Below, piece after piece: positions 19,435 to 29,201 of a stretch of 64,000 nt of DNA. The DNA comes from an uncultured Devosia sp. (GTDB lineage: Bacteria > Pseudomonadota > Alphaproteobacteria > Rhizobiales > Devosiaceae). Every line of letters begins with the position of its first letter. Position 1 is the stretch's first letter. Under the pieces are notes generated by a model, which was not told the origin of the DNA, ran no database searches, and saw only the letters and a list, made by a program, of their open reading frames with translations. The DNA lies in the NCBI GenBank assembly GCA_964487765.1, contig CAZASR010000001.1, positions 32,320 through 96,319 of the forward strand, read 5' to 3'. Position numbers and translations under genes: made by a program.

Positions 19435-20327
19435 CGGAAATACTCTTTGCGCAACCAGTTGTAACCAAGTCCGGCAAGCAACGCCGCGACGATGGTGGTC
19501 AGCACACCGGTCGCCGACGCCGCCTCAAGTCGGAAGAACCGGAAAGCTTCGTTGTAGATCCGGATAGCCAGAGTCTCGGTCGCGTTCACGGGGCCGCCTC
19601 CGGTGAGCGGGTAGATGAAGTCGAACTCCTTGAAAGACAGGAGCGATGTGATGATGACCGAGAGCATTAGCGCCGGCATGATCGAAGGCAGAGTTATGTT
19701 CCAGAATTTCTGAAGGGCATTGGCCCCGTCTATGTCTGCTGCCTCGTAGAGCGAGGTTGGAATGGCCTTCATCGAGGCGATCAGCGACATGGCGATGAAG
19801 GGATAGGTCTTCCAGATAGTGGGAATCAGGACGCCGGCCATGGCGTAGTTCACCGTAGTGAGCCACCCGATGCGCTTCTCGATCAGACCCGTCCACAGCA
19901 GGATGGCGTTGACGACGCCGAAGCCCTCATTGAGCATCCACAGGAATAGAATGGCAACAACGACGCCCGGGACCGCCCAGGGCAGCAGCAGCAGCAGCTG
20001 GACGATGCCGCGCGAGGGGAAACGGTATTGCAGGACAAGGGCGGTCGACATCCCGATGATCAGCGAGCCGCCAACGGCACACACGACATAGATCACGCTG
20101 CGCCAGAGCGTCGGCAGAAATTCGCCGCTCGCCAGCAGCTTCTGGTAGTGTTCGAGGCTGAAAGGACCACCGAATATGTTACCGATCTGAAAGCTGTGGC
20201 CCGCACGGAAGCTGAGAATGGCGACAATGACACCCGGCAGGACGAGGAACACGAACACCAGCACCACCGCGGGAAGTAGCGGCAGCAGTGGCAGCTTGTT
20301 GAATCTGTAATTTGGCGCTGAGGCCAT
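19431..20327 (-). CDS. Carbohydrate ABC transporter permease
   Basis: LLLPWAVP and YEAADIDGA; GGGAG RBS before ATG 20327. Confidence 0.9.
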   Translation of the reverse strand: MASAPNYRFNKLPLLPLLPAVVLVFVFLVLPGVIVAILSFRAGHSFQIGNIFGGPFSLEHYQKLLASGEFLPTLWRSVIYVVCAVGGSLIIGMSTALVLQYRFPSRGIVQLLLLLPWAVPGVVVAILFLWMLNEGFGVVNAILLWTGLIEKRIGWLTTVNYAMAGVLIPTIWKTYPFIAMSLIASMKAIPTSLYEAADIDGANALQKFWNITLPSIMPALMLSVIITSLLSFKEFDFIYPLTGGGPVNATETLAIRIYNEAFRFFRLEAASATGVLTTIVAALLAGLGYNWLRKEYFR

Positions 20328-20602
20328 CGGGCTCCCTCGTCTTGCGGTGTTCGACCTGCGATCCGGCGCGCAGTTTTCGATCCCTTCCAAAGGCAGGGAT
20401 GCATTTCAATGATCGATTGGTCCTATTCCGGTCGGAGCACGCCAGCCGCTGCACGTAAAGCTCAGCGAATTGTCGCACATGAATGCCTAGTCTTCAGACT
20501 GTCAGGCGGAGATGTGTTCACCAGCCTGACCCGAACAATTGAGCTTAAGACGACCTATCGCGGGACTCCGGGCCCGCACGGATCAGTGAAAGGAAGCAAT
20601 CC

Positions 20603-21259
20603 GTGGACGCGCACTCTGCCAGCATCGCAGATCGATTCAAGCGACTTTACTCGCCGGCCATTTGCGACGCCCTCGACGATCTTGGCCTGAGACACCAGGC
20701 TATGGATCACAACATTCGACCGCTCGACCCCGGAATGGTCGTTGCGGGTCCGGCGTTCACCATTGTGGGGCGGCCCGACGCGTCGACCGACACCAAGACT
20801 CGCATGGGCCCCACGGTCATCGACCAGTTCCGCCCCGGCGTCGTGGCTGTTTATGCCACCAATGGCGAAAACGTGACGGGCGTGTGGGGCGAGCTTTGGA
20901 GCGCGGGAGCGGCGGCACGGGGCTGCGTTGGTGCCGTAGTCGATGGCGGCATCCGAGATACGGGATTTATCCGCCGCTCCAACTTCCAGATCTTCCACCG
21001 CTTCTGCGCTCCCTATGACGCGATCGGCCGGTTCAATGTCGTCGATTTCGAGAGCCGCGCATCGGTAGGTGGCGTCCTGGTGTCGCCTGGCGATTACATC
21101 TTCGGCGACGAGGACGGGATCGTCGTGGTGCCCAAGGACGCAATCATGGATGTGCTGACGAAGGCCGAGGACGTCAGCGACAAGGAAAGCAAGATCCGTG
21201 GCGAGATTGGCGGCAACCGCTCGCTGGCCGAACTCTACCGGGAGTATGGCAAGTTCTAG
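20603..21259 (+). CDS. RraA / HMG-CHA aldolase family protein
   Basis: DALD, GPAFT, WGE, DGGIRD and PGDYIFGDEDGIVVVP. Confidence 0.88.
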   Translation: MDAHSASIADRFKRLYSPAICDALDDLGLRHQAMDHNIRPLDPGMVVAGPAFTIVGRPDASTDTKTRMGPTVIDQFRPGVVAVYATNGENVTGVWGELWSAGAAARGCVGAVVDGGIRDTGFIRRSNFQIFHRFCAPYDAIGRFNVVDFESRASVGGVLVSPGDYIFGDEDGIVVVPKDAIMDVLTKAEDVSDKESKIRGEIGGNRSLAELYREYGKF

Positions 21260-21270
21260 CGGAGGCGCGG

Positions 21271-22197
21271 CTATTCGCCGCCATCGTCGCGGGGCTCGGG
21301 GGGAGTGGCTTGCCGGCCGGTATCCGCGGTGCGATCATTGCGCCGGATGAAGCGCACGGCGCGACTGTCGGGATCGGCATGAACCACCGCATCGATAGCG
21401 CAGATCGCCTCGCGGAGCTTGCGGTCCAGCTCCTCGCTCAATTGCCGGGGCAAGTTGAGCGGCTCGGAATAGCGCGGCTCCCAGCCGACCATATAGGCGA
21501 GTTCGACGCCGATCTGGGTGCCCAGCACGAAACCCAGCCGATGATAGCGCGTGAGGTTCGGACAGGCCTCGCCACTGACATAGGATTGCAGAGTGCGTCG
21601 GTCGATGCCGGTCGCCTCCGAAACATCGACAAGCGACCAGGGCCGGCCGGGGCCGATCATCTTCTGTAAGCGGTAGCCGAGCCGCGCTGCCACGGCGGCG
21701 GGCGTCATGTCCTCTACATTGAGCGGGCGGCGGAACTCGGCCAGTGATTCGATCCCGTCGGTCCCATCAGAACCGGCAATGATCTCGTCGTCGCGCTCCA
21801 GCGAGGCCGCGCCAAAATCATCGAGGCCGAGTACCTCGTCGAGTACACTGACACTCTGCGAGATGTGACGGCGCAATTCGAGCAGGTCGACGGCCTCGGG
21901 CGGCACGACCGCCGAGCGTGGCGGCCAGCCCTTCATCATGTTGGTCTCGATGCCGATCTCCGGACCGAGGACCGCGAGCAACTGATTATATTTGGCGAGG
22001 CTCGGGCAGGCGGTGCCCTGGACGTAGGCTTTCAGCGTGCGCACATCGATTTGGGTGCGCGCCGCGACACCGAAATAGCTCCAGCGGCGGCCGGTGCCCA
22101 CAAACTTCTGCAACTGATAGCTGAGACGTTCAGTGACGACCTGAGGAGTGATCTCCCATGCCGAATGTACGGGCCTGAACCGCCGCGGTGGAGTCAT
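21271..22197 (-). CDS. Hypothetical protein with two tandem XRE/Cro-like HTH repeats
   Basis: Internal duplication: WSYFGVAARTQIDVRTLKAYVQGTACPSL versus WSLVDVSEATGIDRRTLQSYVSGEACPNL. Confidence 0.7.
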   Translation of the reverse strand: MTPPRRFRPVHSAWEITPQVVTERLSYQLQKFVGTGRRWSYFGVAARTQIDVRTLKAYVQGTACPSLAKYNQLLAVLGPEIGIETNMMKGWPPRSAVVPPEAVDLLELRRHISQSVSVLDEVLGLDDFGAASLERDDEIIAGSDGTDGIESLAEFRRPLNVEDMTPAAVAARLGYRLQKMIGPGRPWSLVDVSEATGIDRRTLQSYVSGEACPNLTRYHRLGFVLGTQIGVELAYMVGWEPRYSEPLNLPRQLSEELDRKLREAICAIDAVVHADPDSRAVRFIRRNDRTADTGRQATPPEPRDDGGE

Positions 22198-22205
22198 TGT
22201 ATCCG

Positions 22206-23411
22206 CTACCAGGCTGGCATGGAGGGTAACCAGCCCGGACGCGCGCTGTCGGCGAGGCTGGGATTCAGGAACCGATCCACGGCGGCACCGGACGTTGCAA
22301 GTTTGTTGTACTTGTCGAGCTTTGCCTCATCGACCTCGATACCCAGGCCCGGACCTTCGGGCGGCGCGATACGACCATCGACGGGGAGGAGCATCGGCCC
22401 CTTGATGATATCGTCGGTGAGATGCAGGTACATGGCATCAGCGGCTAAATAGCAATGCGGCATGGCCACGCCGGCGTGAATCATCGCCGCCCAGCCGATA
22501 CCGAGTTCGGTGCTCGAGTGAATGCCGACATCGAGGCCCATCGTGGCGCACATCCGGTCGAGCTCGATCGTGGGGCGCATGCCCCCCCAGTACCACAGGT
22601 CGGACAAGACGATATCGACGGCGCCGGCGGCAAGGCCGGGCCCGAACTCCTCGAACTTGGTTACGCACATATTGGTCGAAAGTGGCATGTTCACGTTGCT
22701 GCGCACCGTCGCCATCGAGTTGATGCCCTGCACCGGATCCTCAAGATACTCGAGGCCAATCTTTTCGAGATCGCGGGCAATGCGGATCGCCGTTCCGACG
22801 GTCCATGACCCCTGCGGATCAAGCCGCAGCCGCATATCGCGACCAAAAGCATCACGCAGCGCCTCCAGGCTGTCGCGGTCAGTTTCCGGAGAGAAATAGC
22901 CGCCCTTCAGCTTGAGGGTATCAAGGCCATAGGCGTCGACCCAGCGGCGCGCCAGATCGACGACATCGGCGGGCGTGTGAACCTCTTCTTTTCCGGCATC
23001 ATTGGCGTGCGAGTAGAAGAGATAGCCGGAGACCGGGATCGTGTCGTGGACCTTGCCGCCCAGCAATTCATAGGCGGGGACCCCGGCGGCCTTGCCCTGC
23101 AGGTCGATGCACGCCATCTCGATGCCGGCCATGATCGGTTCCATGGCCTGCCAAGGATAGTAGTTCCAGTTGCGGATGCGCGTGGAAGTGATGGTGGTGC
23201 TCCACGGGCTCACGCCGCGCAGCATGTGCTCGAACGTCTGCAGCATTTCAGGCTTGATCCGCGCGGAGACGTCACCCCAGCCCACGAGGCCGTTGTCGGT
23301 CGTGATCTTGATGATGGTGCGGGACCAACTCTTGAGCGAGCCATAGCTGGTGAGGATGGCGGCGCGACCGGGAATGGTCACCGGAATGCCTTCAATACTC
23401 TCGATCTTCAC
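22206..23411 (-). CDS. Glucarate-dehydratase-like enolase superfamily protein
   Basis: KLKGG, LRLDPQGSW, YLEDP, STNMCV and HSSTELG resemble the GudD subgroup. Confidence 0.8.
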   Translation of the reverse strand: MKIESIEGIPVTIPGRAAILTSYGSLKSWSRTIIKITTDNGLVGWGDVSARIKPEMLQTFEHMLRGVSPWSTTITSTRIRNWNYYPWQAMEPIMAGIEMACIDLQGKAAGVPAYELLGGKVHDTIPVSGYLFYSHANDAGKEEVHTPADVVDLARRWVDAYGLDTLKLKGGYFSPETDRDSLEALRDAFGRDMRLRLDPQGSWTVGTAIRIARDLEKIGLEYLEDPVQGINSMATVRSNVNMPLSTNMCVTKFEEFGPGLAAGAVDIVLSDLWYWGGMRPTIELDRMCATMGLDVGIHSSTELGIGWAAMIHAGVAMPHCYLAADAMYLHLTDDIIKGPMLLPVDGRIAPPEGPGLGIEVDEAKLDKYNKLATSGAAVDRFLNPSLADSARPGWLPSMPAW

Positions 23412-23592
23412 GCGTTCCTCCGCTGTCGTTCATCGCGTTACCGGGCTGTCCTGTTACACACGGCCCCACGGCCGATTCAATGTGCGAGTCCGACAGTGGG
23501 CTGCATCGGGGGAGTGTTCGAAAAGGACAGTGAAATGCTCCCGCCCACGGGCTCAGTCTCACGCCCGACCTGCTGGTGCCAAGGGGTGAGAT

Positions 23593-24351
23593 ATGAACAC
23601 AGGACTTAACAACAAGCGCGTGCTGATTACGGGCGCATCGCAGGGAATGGGGCGTGGCATGGCGCTCGCTTTCGCCGAGGAAGGTGCTCGGGTAATCGTC
23701 ACGGACATCGACGATGTGCGCGGCGAGCAGACGGCGGTCGACATCAGAGCAACCGGTGCCGAGGCCGAATATCGCCGTCTGGACGTGGCCAACCGGGCCG
23801 AGGTGTTCGAGGTCGTCACGTCCATCATCGAGCGTTTCGGTGGTCTCGACATACTGGTCAACAATGCCGGCATCAGCAGCTTCTCGACAATCGAGGAGAT
23901 GACCGAGGGCGTCTGGGACAAGGTCCAGGCCGTGAATGTGAAGGGACCGCTGTTCACGATGCAAGCCGTGCTGCCGGCGATGAAGCGCCAGGGTGGTGGC
24001 CGCATCGTCAATCTCTGCTCCGTGGTCTCCAAGCAGGCGGGGAGCCTGCCATATTCGCACTATTCGGCGTCGAAGGCCGCGGTGTGGAACCTCACCATGT
24101 CGGCGGCGCGTGAGTTCGCGGCCTTCGGGATCACGGTCAATGGCGTGGCGCCGGGTTCGATCATCAACACCGACTTCTCGAAGGGCTTCAACCTCAGCAA
24201 TGATCCCGACGTGGTCGGCCAAGTCATTCCGCTGCGCCGCCGCGGCGAGCCGGAGGATGTCGTGCCAGCAGTCATCTTCCTCGCCTCGGAGCAGGCCCGC
24301 TACATCACGGGAGAACTCATCGACGTGAATGGCGGGCTGCGCATGGACTAG
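23593..24351 (+). CDS. SDR family oxidoreductase
   Basis: TGASQGMG, NNAG and YSASK. Confidence 0.93.
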   Translation: MNTGLNNKRVLITGASQGMGRGMALAFAEEGARVIVTDIDDVRGEQTAVDIRATGAEAEYRRLDVANRAEVFEVVTSIIERFGGLDILVNNAGISSFSTIEEMTEGVWDKVQAVNVKGPLFTMQAVLPAMKRQGGGRIVNLCSVVSKQAGSLPYSHYSASKAAVWNLTMSAAREFAAFGITVNGVAPGSIINTDFSKGFNLSNDPDVVGQVIPLRRRGEPEDVVPAVIFLASEQARYITGELIDVNGGLRMD

Positions 24352-25202
24352 GTGTGCGCGTCGACTTCATCGATCCCTGTTGCCTGCCACCGATAGCGGC
24401 AGATGAAGCCCAGTCGCTCATGTGCAGCGCGCCAGTCAAGGCAGGCACCGTGCCCCGCCGGCGCCTCACCACGAGCGGCGAGTCCGGGATACCACTCGGC
24501 AACGAGTTCTGCTGTCGTCTGTGAGGCAAAGACCGTGGGGGCACAGATGTTGAAGAGGTCGAACCCGGTCGGGTTCAATTCGAGCGCTATCCGGACCGCG
24601 CGCGCCGCGTCGCGTACGTCGACATAGGCCCACTGACTCTTCGCGCCCTGCGCCGGATTGTTGAGCCGACCAGCAACACAGACGTCGAAGGCATCGGGTG
24701 TCCAGATGACGGGAAAGCGCAGAACCCTGGCCTGCAGCCGGTCCTGATCGGACAGCATCCGGGCCAGTTGTTCGGTGGCCAGCTTGGACAAGCTGTAGCC
24801 ATCGGTCGGCCGGCAGGGATGGTCCTCGTCCACTGGCAGATAATCCGGCTCGATCACGACGGGCGACCAGGGCAGGCCCAGCACCGACTGGCTGGAGGCG
24901 ACGATCACATTGGTGATGCCCCGAACTGCGGCCGAGAACAGGACGTTCGCGGTCATCAGCACATTGTCGGCGTACACCGTGGCGATGTCGGCGCTGTGCG
25001 GGGTCGGCCAGGCCGCGAGATGCACGACACCGCCGACACCGTCGATGCTTGAGGCGACACCGTCCCGGTCGCGCAGGTCTGCGAGAAGGCCGGCCGGCGT
25101 TGCAATCCGATCGATGGCGCGGACCTCGTGTCCTGCCTCCCGCAATTGGCGCACCACTTCACGCCCGAGCTTGCCGGCGGCGCCGGTTACCGCGACCAGC
25201 AT
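24348..25202 (-). CDS. NAD-dependent epimerase/dehydratase (extended SDR)
   Basis: VTGAAGKLG, HLAA and YSLSK. Confidence 0.88.
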   Translation of the reverse strand: MLVAVTGAAGKLGREVVRQLREAGHEVRAIDRIATPAGLLADLRDRDGVASSIDGVGGVVHLAAWPTPHSADIATVYADNVLMTANVLFSAAVRGITNVIVASSQSVLGLPWSPVVIEPDYLPVDEDHPCRPTDGYSLSKLATEQLARMLSDQDRLQARVLRFPVIWTPDAFDVCVAGRLNNPAQGAKSQWAYVDVRDAARAVRIALELNPTGFDLFNICAPTVFASQTTAELVAEWYPGLAARGEAPAGHGACLDWRAAHERLGFICRYRWQATGIDEVDAHT

Positions 25203-25203
25203 G

Positions 25204-26319
25204 CTACAGCACACGGCCGCGCGCGGTGACGGCGGCAAACTTCACGACCTTGTCGCCAGCAACAAGCGCCACTTCGTCGACGAGGTTGCTGACCACGCAC
25301 GCATGGTTGGGAAGGATCCGCAGGCGGGTGCCGACGGGCAGGTCGTGGCGCGGCGTGGCGAACTGGATATAGCCATGCTCTTCGTCGAGACGCGGGATGG
25401 TCGCGTCGGGAATGCCGAGCACCGCCCCATAGCCCTTAAGGCCGATGAGATCACTGGTCAGCGATTTTGTGCCCGCGTCGATGATGGCGCGTTCCGGCGA
25501 GGGCCGGCTGACGATCGTCGCGAGCACGGTGATGGCGCAGTCCTCGACGCGGCAAATGCCACGCTCCAAGCGCGAGCGGTCGTTGTATACGTAGGTCCCG
25601 GCGCGGTACTCGTTGACTGTCCCCAGTCCGAGCACCGACCACATGTCGGGCGTCCCGCCGGTTGAGATGCGTATCGCGGCCAGTCCCTTCTCGCCCGCAA
25701 GCAGATTGGCGCGAATGAAGAAATCCTCGGCGGCCAGTCGGCCGCCGGGCGGCGGGTAGTTCATCCATCCTGCAAATTGAAGGCCGTTCATGGCAGAGAT
25801 TGCCGCGGCGAGATCGACCGCCGCCTCCGGGCTGCCGACGCCGCAGCGCCGTCCGCCCGTATCGCATTCAACGAGCACGTCGAGGCGCAGCCCGGCTTCC
25901 AGCATGACCCGGTCGAGCCCTTTGGCAACGACGAGGGAATCGGTGACCACGGACAGCCTTGTGCGCCGCGCCAATGCCGCGAGGCGCTTCAGCTTCGCCT
26001 CTCCCACAATGTTGTAGCTGACCAGGATATCGTGGATCCCGGCATCGGCCATCGCCTCAGCTTCCCCCAGTTTTTGGCAGGTGATTCCTACCGCACCGGC
26101 GGCGATTTGCTGCCGGGCGAGCAGCGCCAGCTTGTGCGTCTTGATATGCGGCCTGTTCGCGATGCCCAACCGGTCGCATTGGGCCTGCCAGCGACTTATG
26201 TTGCGCCCGGCAATGTCGACATCGACAAGCGGAACGGGTGTCTCAAGCTGCTCGAACCCGGCCACCAGGGCGTCGAGATCGGGAGAGTCGTCATCAGGTG
26301 GGCGCGACTGTGGCGTCAT
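25204..26319 (-). CDS. D-threonine aldolase / DSD1-like PLP-dependent enzyme (fold type III)
   Basis: RPHIKTHK, TCQKLGEAE, GGTP, EEHG and PNHACVVSN. Confidence 0.9.
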   Translation of the reverse strand: MTPQSRPPDDDSPDLDALVAGFEQLETPVPLVDVDIAGRNISRWQAQCDRLGIANRPHIKTHKLALLARQQIAAGAVGITCQKLGEAEAMADAGIHDILVSYNIVGEAKLKRLAALARRTRLSVVTDSLVVAKGLDRVMLEAGLRLDVLVECDTGGRRCGVGSPEAAVDLAAAISAMNGLQFAGWMNYPPPGGRLAAEDFFIRANLLAGEKGLAAIRISTGGTPDMWSVLGLGTVNEYRAGTYVYNDRSRLERGICRVEDCAITVLATIVSRPSPERAIIDAGTKSLTSDLIGLKGYGAVLGIPDATIPRLDEEHGYIQFATPRHDLPVGTRLRILPNHACVVSNLVDEVALVAGDKVVKFAAVTARGRVL

Positions 26320-26652
26320 AAAAGGAGCTCGATTTGTGCAGCGTTGAACGGCCTTAGCCGTAATTGCCATGCGGCGCAGGTCAATGTGCTATCCACACAA
26401 TGACGCTTCGCTCCCGACAGGAAGGATGCGCCGGGTTCGCGAGCCGATGATCGGATAGCAGACGCCCCCGCTTAGTCCCTCGGGGTCTGTGGCAGCGATA
26501 CCGTCGACCGCCGGCGTTGGAAATGAGAACGAACATCACGACCGGCATTAGCGCGAGCACCCTCATCGCCAGCCGTTTGAAGTGATCCTGCCGACCAGCT
26601 AGCGGCACTGCAGCCGGATACTGTAACTTGCGGCCGTTACGCGCCGCAGTCA

Positions 26653-27080
26653 CTACCATCCCTGCTCGGCTCGAAATGGCGAAGGGCTCTGACCGCAGAG
26701 CCGACGGAAGTCACGGCTGAAATGATATGGATCAGCGTAGCCGCAGCGCCGGCCGACTTCGGCGATGCTGAGCGCGCGGTCGGCAAGCAAGCGGCGTGCT
26801 CGATTGATGCGCTCGCGCCTGAGCCAATTGATAGGCGAAATGCCCAGACGCCGCTTGAATATTCGATGGAGCTGGGAGGGACTGAGAGCGGCCAGGCGTG
26901 CCATGTCCGGAATGGCCCAAGGCCAATCGAGGTCGGTCCGTATTCGCTCCACGACCTCGCTCAGGCGCTCCTCAAACCGGTCAGAACCGATCAATCCCTG
27001 CCGACGTGCCCGTCGTCCGAGGACCTCGGCCAAGATATCGCTGATAGCCGCGCTTGTGATCGCGGGAGAAATTGCCTCTG
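26653..27080 (-). pseudogene. AraC-family regulator, C-terminal HTH only (5' boundary approximate)
   Basis: [11 protein letters not shown]...[20 protein letters not shown]; no plausible N-terminal sensor domain. Confidence 0.6.
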
Positions 27081-27460
27081 AAAGCCTGGTGGCTCCTATT
27101 CCGCGCTCGGTCATCGCACTGGTTTCTTCATCCGGCGCGCCGGCAAACACGGGCTCGTCAGCCGCTCGCGCCATCGACGGCTTCCACGGCCGCCTCGCAA
27201 GCAGCGAGCAGGTGCAGGTGGAGTTAGGCTTTGCCCAACACGCACCCTGGGTCGAGCAATTCGCGCGCTGGTGGCAGCTTGGATTTTCGCAGTGGCGCGC
27301 CCCCTCGGACAGCGATTCGACACTGAGCTTTCTGTGCGAACTGGGCGCCCCCCTACGCCGTCACCGGCCCCGACGGACGCGATCTCTCCGATCGCTGGGT
27401 CGATTCGCTTGTTCTCAAGGACCTCGCCCAACAGCTGTGGGTTGCGAGTGGAGCGGCCCA

Positions 27461-27655
27461 ATGACGACGATGCTCTTCACGCCGACCACGTCCTCACCAT
27501 AGATGCGGTTAACCGGACGATCGCCGACGCCGTCGTCGTCGAAGGCGACCGTATCGCCGCGGTCGGAACCGCCGCTGAGCTGCAAGCCCGCTATCCGGCC
27601 GCTGCAGTGCGCCGGCTCGCCGACCGTTCGCTCATGGCGGGCCTCGTCAACGCGA
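27461..27655 (+). pseudogene. Amidohydrolase N-terminal fragment, frameshifted and truncated
   Basis: [15 protein letters not shown]...EGDRIAAVG...LMAGLVNA breaks off just before the HxH metal motif. Confidence 0.65.
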
Positions 27656-27976
27656 CGAACGATAAGAACGCCGCTCTTTTGCCGCAGCCTCAGAGGAATG
27701 AGCCTAAGTTTCCTCGGTCTGGTCTCTTTTCCGCAAACCCGGGGGTTTGAGCCTCTATGGACCATGATGGCGCCGGTATTGTCACTATGCCGGAAACTCG
27801 GGCATGTGCCGTCGGTCTTGTAGTCGCTCAGCATGGTTGAGGGCCTATCTGTCGGTGCGGCTCAGAGGTGAGCTGCGTGGGTCGCCGTTGGTCGGACTAA
27901 CAGGCGATGATCCGCTGCGTACGCAATGGATCAGATCAGTGCTCAGTGATCGCTCTGATCCCGAGCCCCAGTCGGT

Positions 27977-28393
27977 CTCGAGGCCTTCTGGACGGGGCTG
28001 TTCGCGGCCGTAGAGCAGCGCGGCGAACAAAGCGTCGTCGATGCCGTCGAGAGCTTCATCCTCGCGGGACGGCTCGCCAAGCGAACGCCCGAGGAACGCG
28101 AGCGGCTGATTGCGATTGCCCGCGTGATTGCAACCAGCCCCGCACTGCGTGCCCGCGAACGCGCCTCATACGATCATGCTGCTGAGCAAATGGCCGTTAT
28201 TGTCGAGCGGACCGCTGCGGTTGGAGGGGATGCACTGGCTGGTGCTCACATGTTGCTCGCGGTCCACAAGGCGCTCGTCGCCTTTTCGCGCGAGCAGCTG
28301 CTCGCCGGTACCAACGAACGATTGCTGAGCCGCCGCGTTGCGGCCCGTGCGCGGAGCGGCTTCGCGCTGCTGCGGCGGGGGCTCGATATCTGA
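27977..28393 (+). pseudogene. TetR-family regulator C-terminal domain, HTH missing
   Basis: Open frame EAFWTG...IATSPALRARE...FALLRRGL, preceded by an in-frame stop at 27956. Confidence 0.55.
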
Positions 28394-28423
28394 ATTCGGG
28401 GCACGACTCGAAAGGAGAAGTGC

Positions 28424-29170
28424 ATGACCGATCTCACAGAAAAAACGGCGTTCGTGACGGGCTCGTCCCGCGGCATCGGGGCCGCGGTCGCGCGCAGGCT
28501 GGCGCAAGCGGGTGCGCGGGTCGCCCTGCATGGGCGCGACGAGGCGGCACTCGCCGCGCTGAGCCGTGAGCTGCCATCGAGCACTGTGGTCACCGGCGAT
28601 CTCACGGACCGCGCGGTTGCGCCGCGGCTGGTCGAAGAGGTGCTGGGGACCTTCGGTACGCTCGATATCCTCGTCGCCAATGCAGGCGGCAGTCACGCAC
28701 CGCCAAGGCCGATCGAGGAGATCACCGACGAGGTCTGGGATTCCGATATCGACGCCAATCTCGGTGCCACCTTCCGGACGGTCCGGGCCTTCCTGCCCGC
28801 GATGAAGAAGGTAGGGCGCGGTGTGATCGTTACCGTTGCATCATCCGCGGGCCGCAGGACCTCCCCGCTGTCACCGGTACCCTATGGCTCGGCCAAGGCC
28901 GCGGTGATCCACTTCACCCAGTATGTCGCGGCCCAAGCTGGGCCCGCGGGCATCCGAGCCAATTGCGTGACGCCCGAAGCCATCATGACCGACAACAATC
29001 TCGAGCGCATTCCACTCGAAACGCAGCGGCAGATGATCGCCACGCATCCCGTTCGCCGTCTCGGCACGCCGGAAGACGTCGCCGCCGCGGTGCTCTATCT
29101 GGCATCGAACGATGCGGGCTGGATCTCAGGGACGGTGCTCGAAGTCGATGGCGGCAGTGTGTTGGCCTGA
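28424..29170 (+). CDS. SDR family oxidoreductase
   Basis: TGSSRGIG, ANAG and YGSAK; AGGAG RBS. Confidence 0.92.
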   Translation: MTDLTEKTAFVTGSSRGIGAAVARRLAQAGARVALHGRDEAALAALSRELPSSTVVTGDLTDRAVAPRLVEEVLGTFGTLDILVANAGGSHAPPRPIEEITDEVWDSDIDANLGATFRTVRAFLPAMKKVGRGVIVTVASSAGRRTSPLSPVPYGSAKAAVIHFTQYVAAQAGPAGIRANCVTPEAIMTDNNLERIPLETQRQMIATHPVRRLGTPEDVAAAVLYLASNDAGWISGTVLEVDGGSVLA

Positions 29171-29201
29171 CGCACCGATCCGGCGGCGCCGGGGTCCCGG
29201 C

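Noticed and set aside
26381-26659. Short hydrophobic ORF resembling a peptide-ABC permease N-terminus
   Set aside because: The similarity is too short and degraded to support a call.
27735-27770. cccgggggtttgagcctc, a possible tRNA T-arm/att remnant
   Set aside because: No GTTCRA consensus, no cloverleaf and no second copy.
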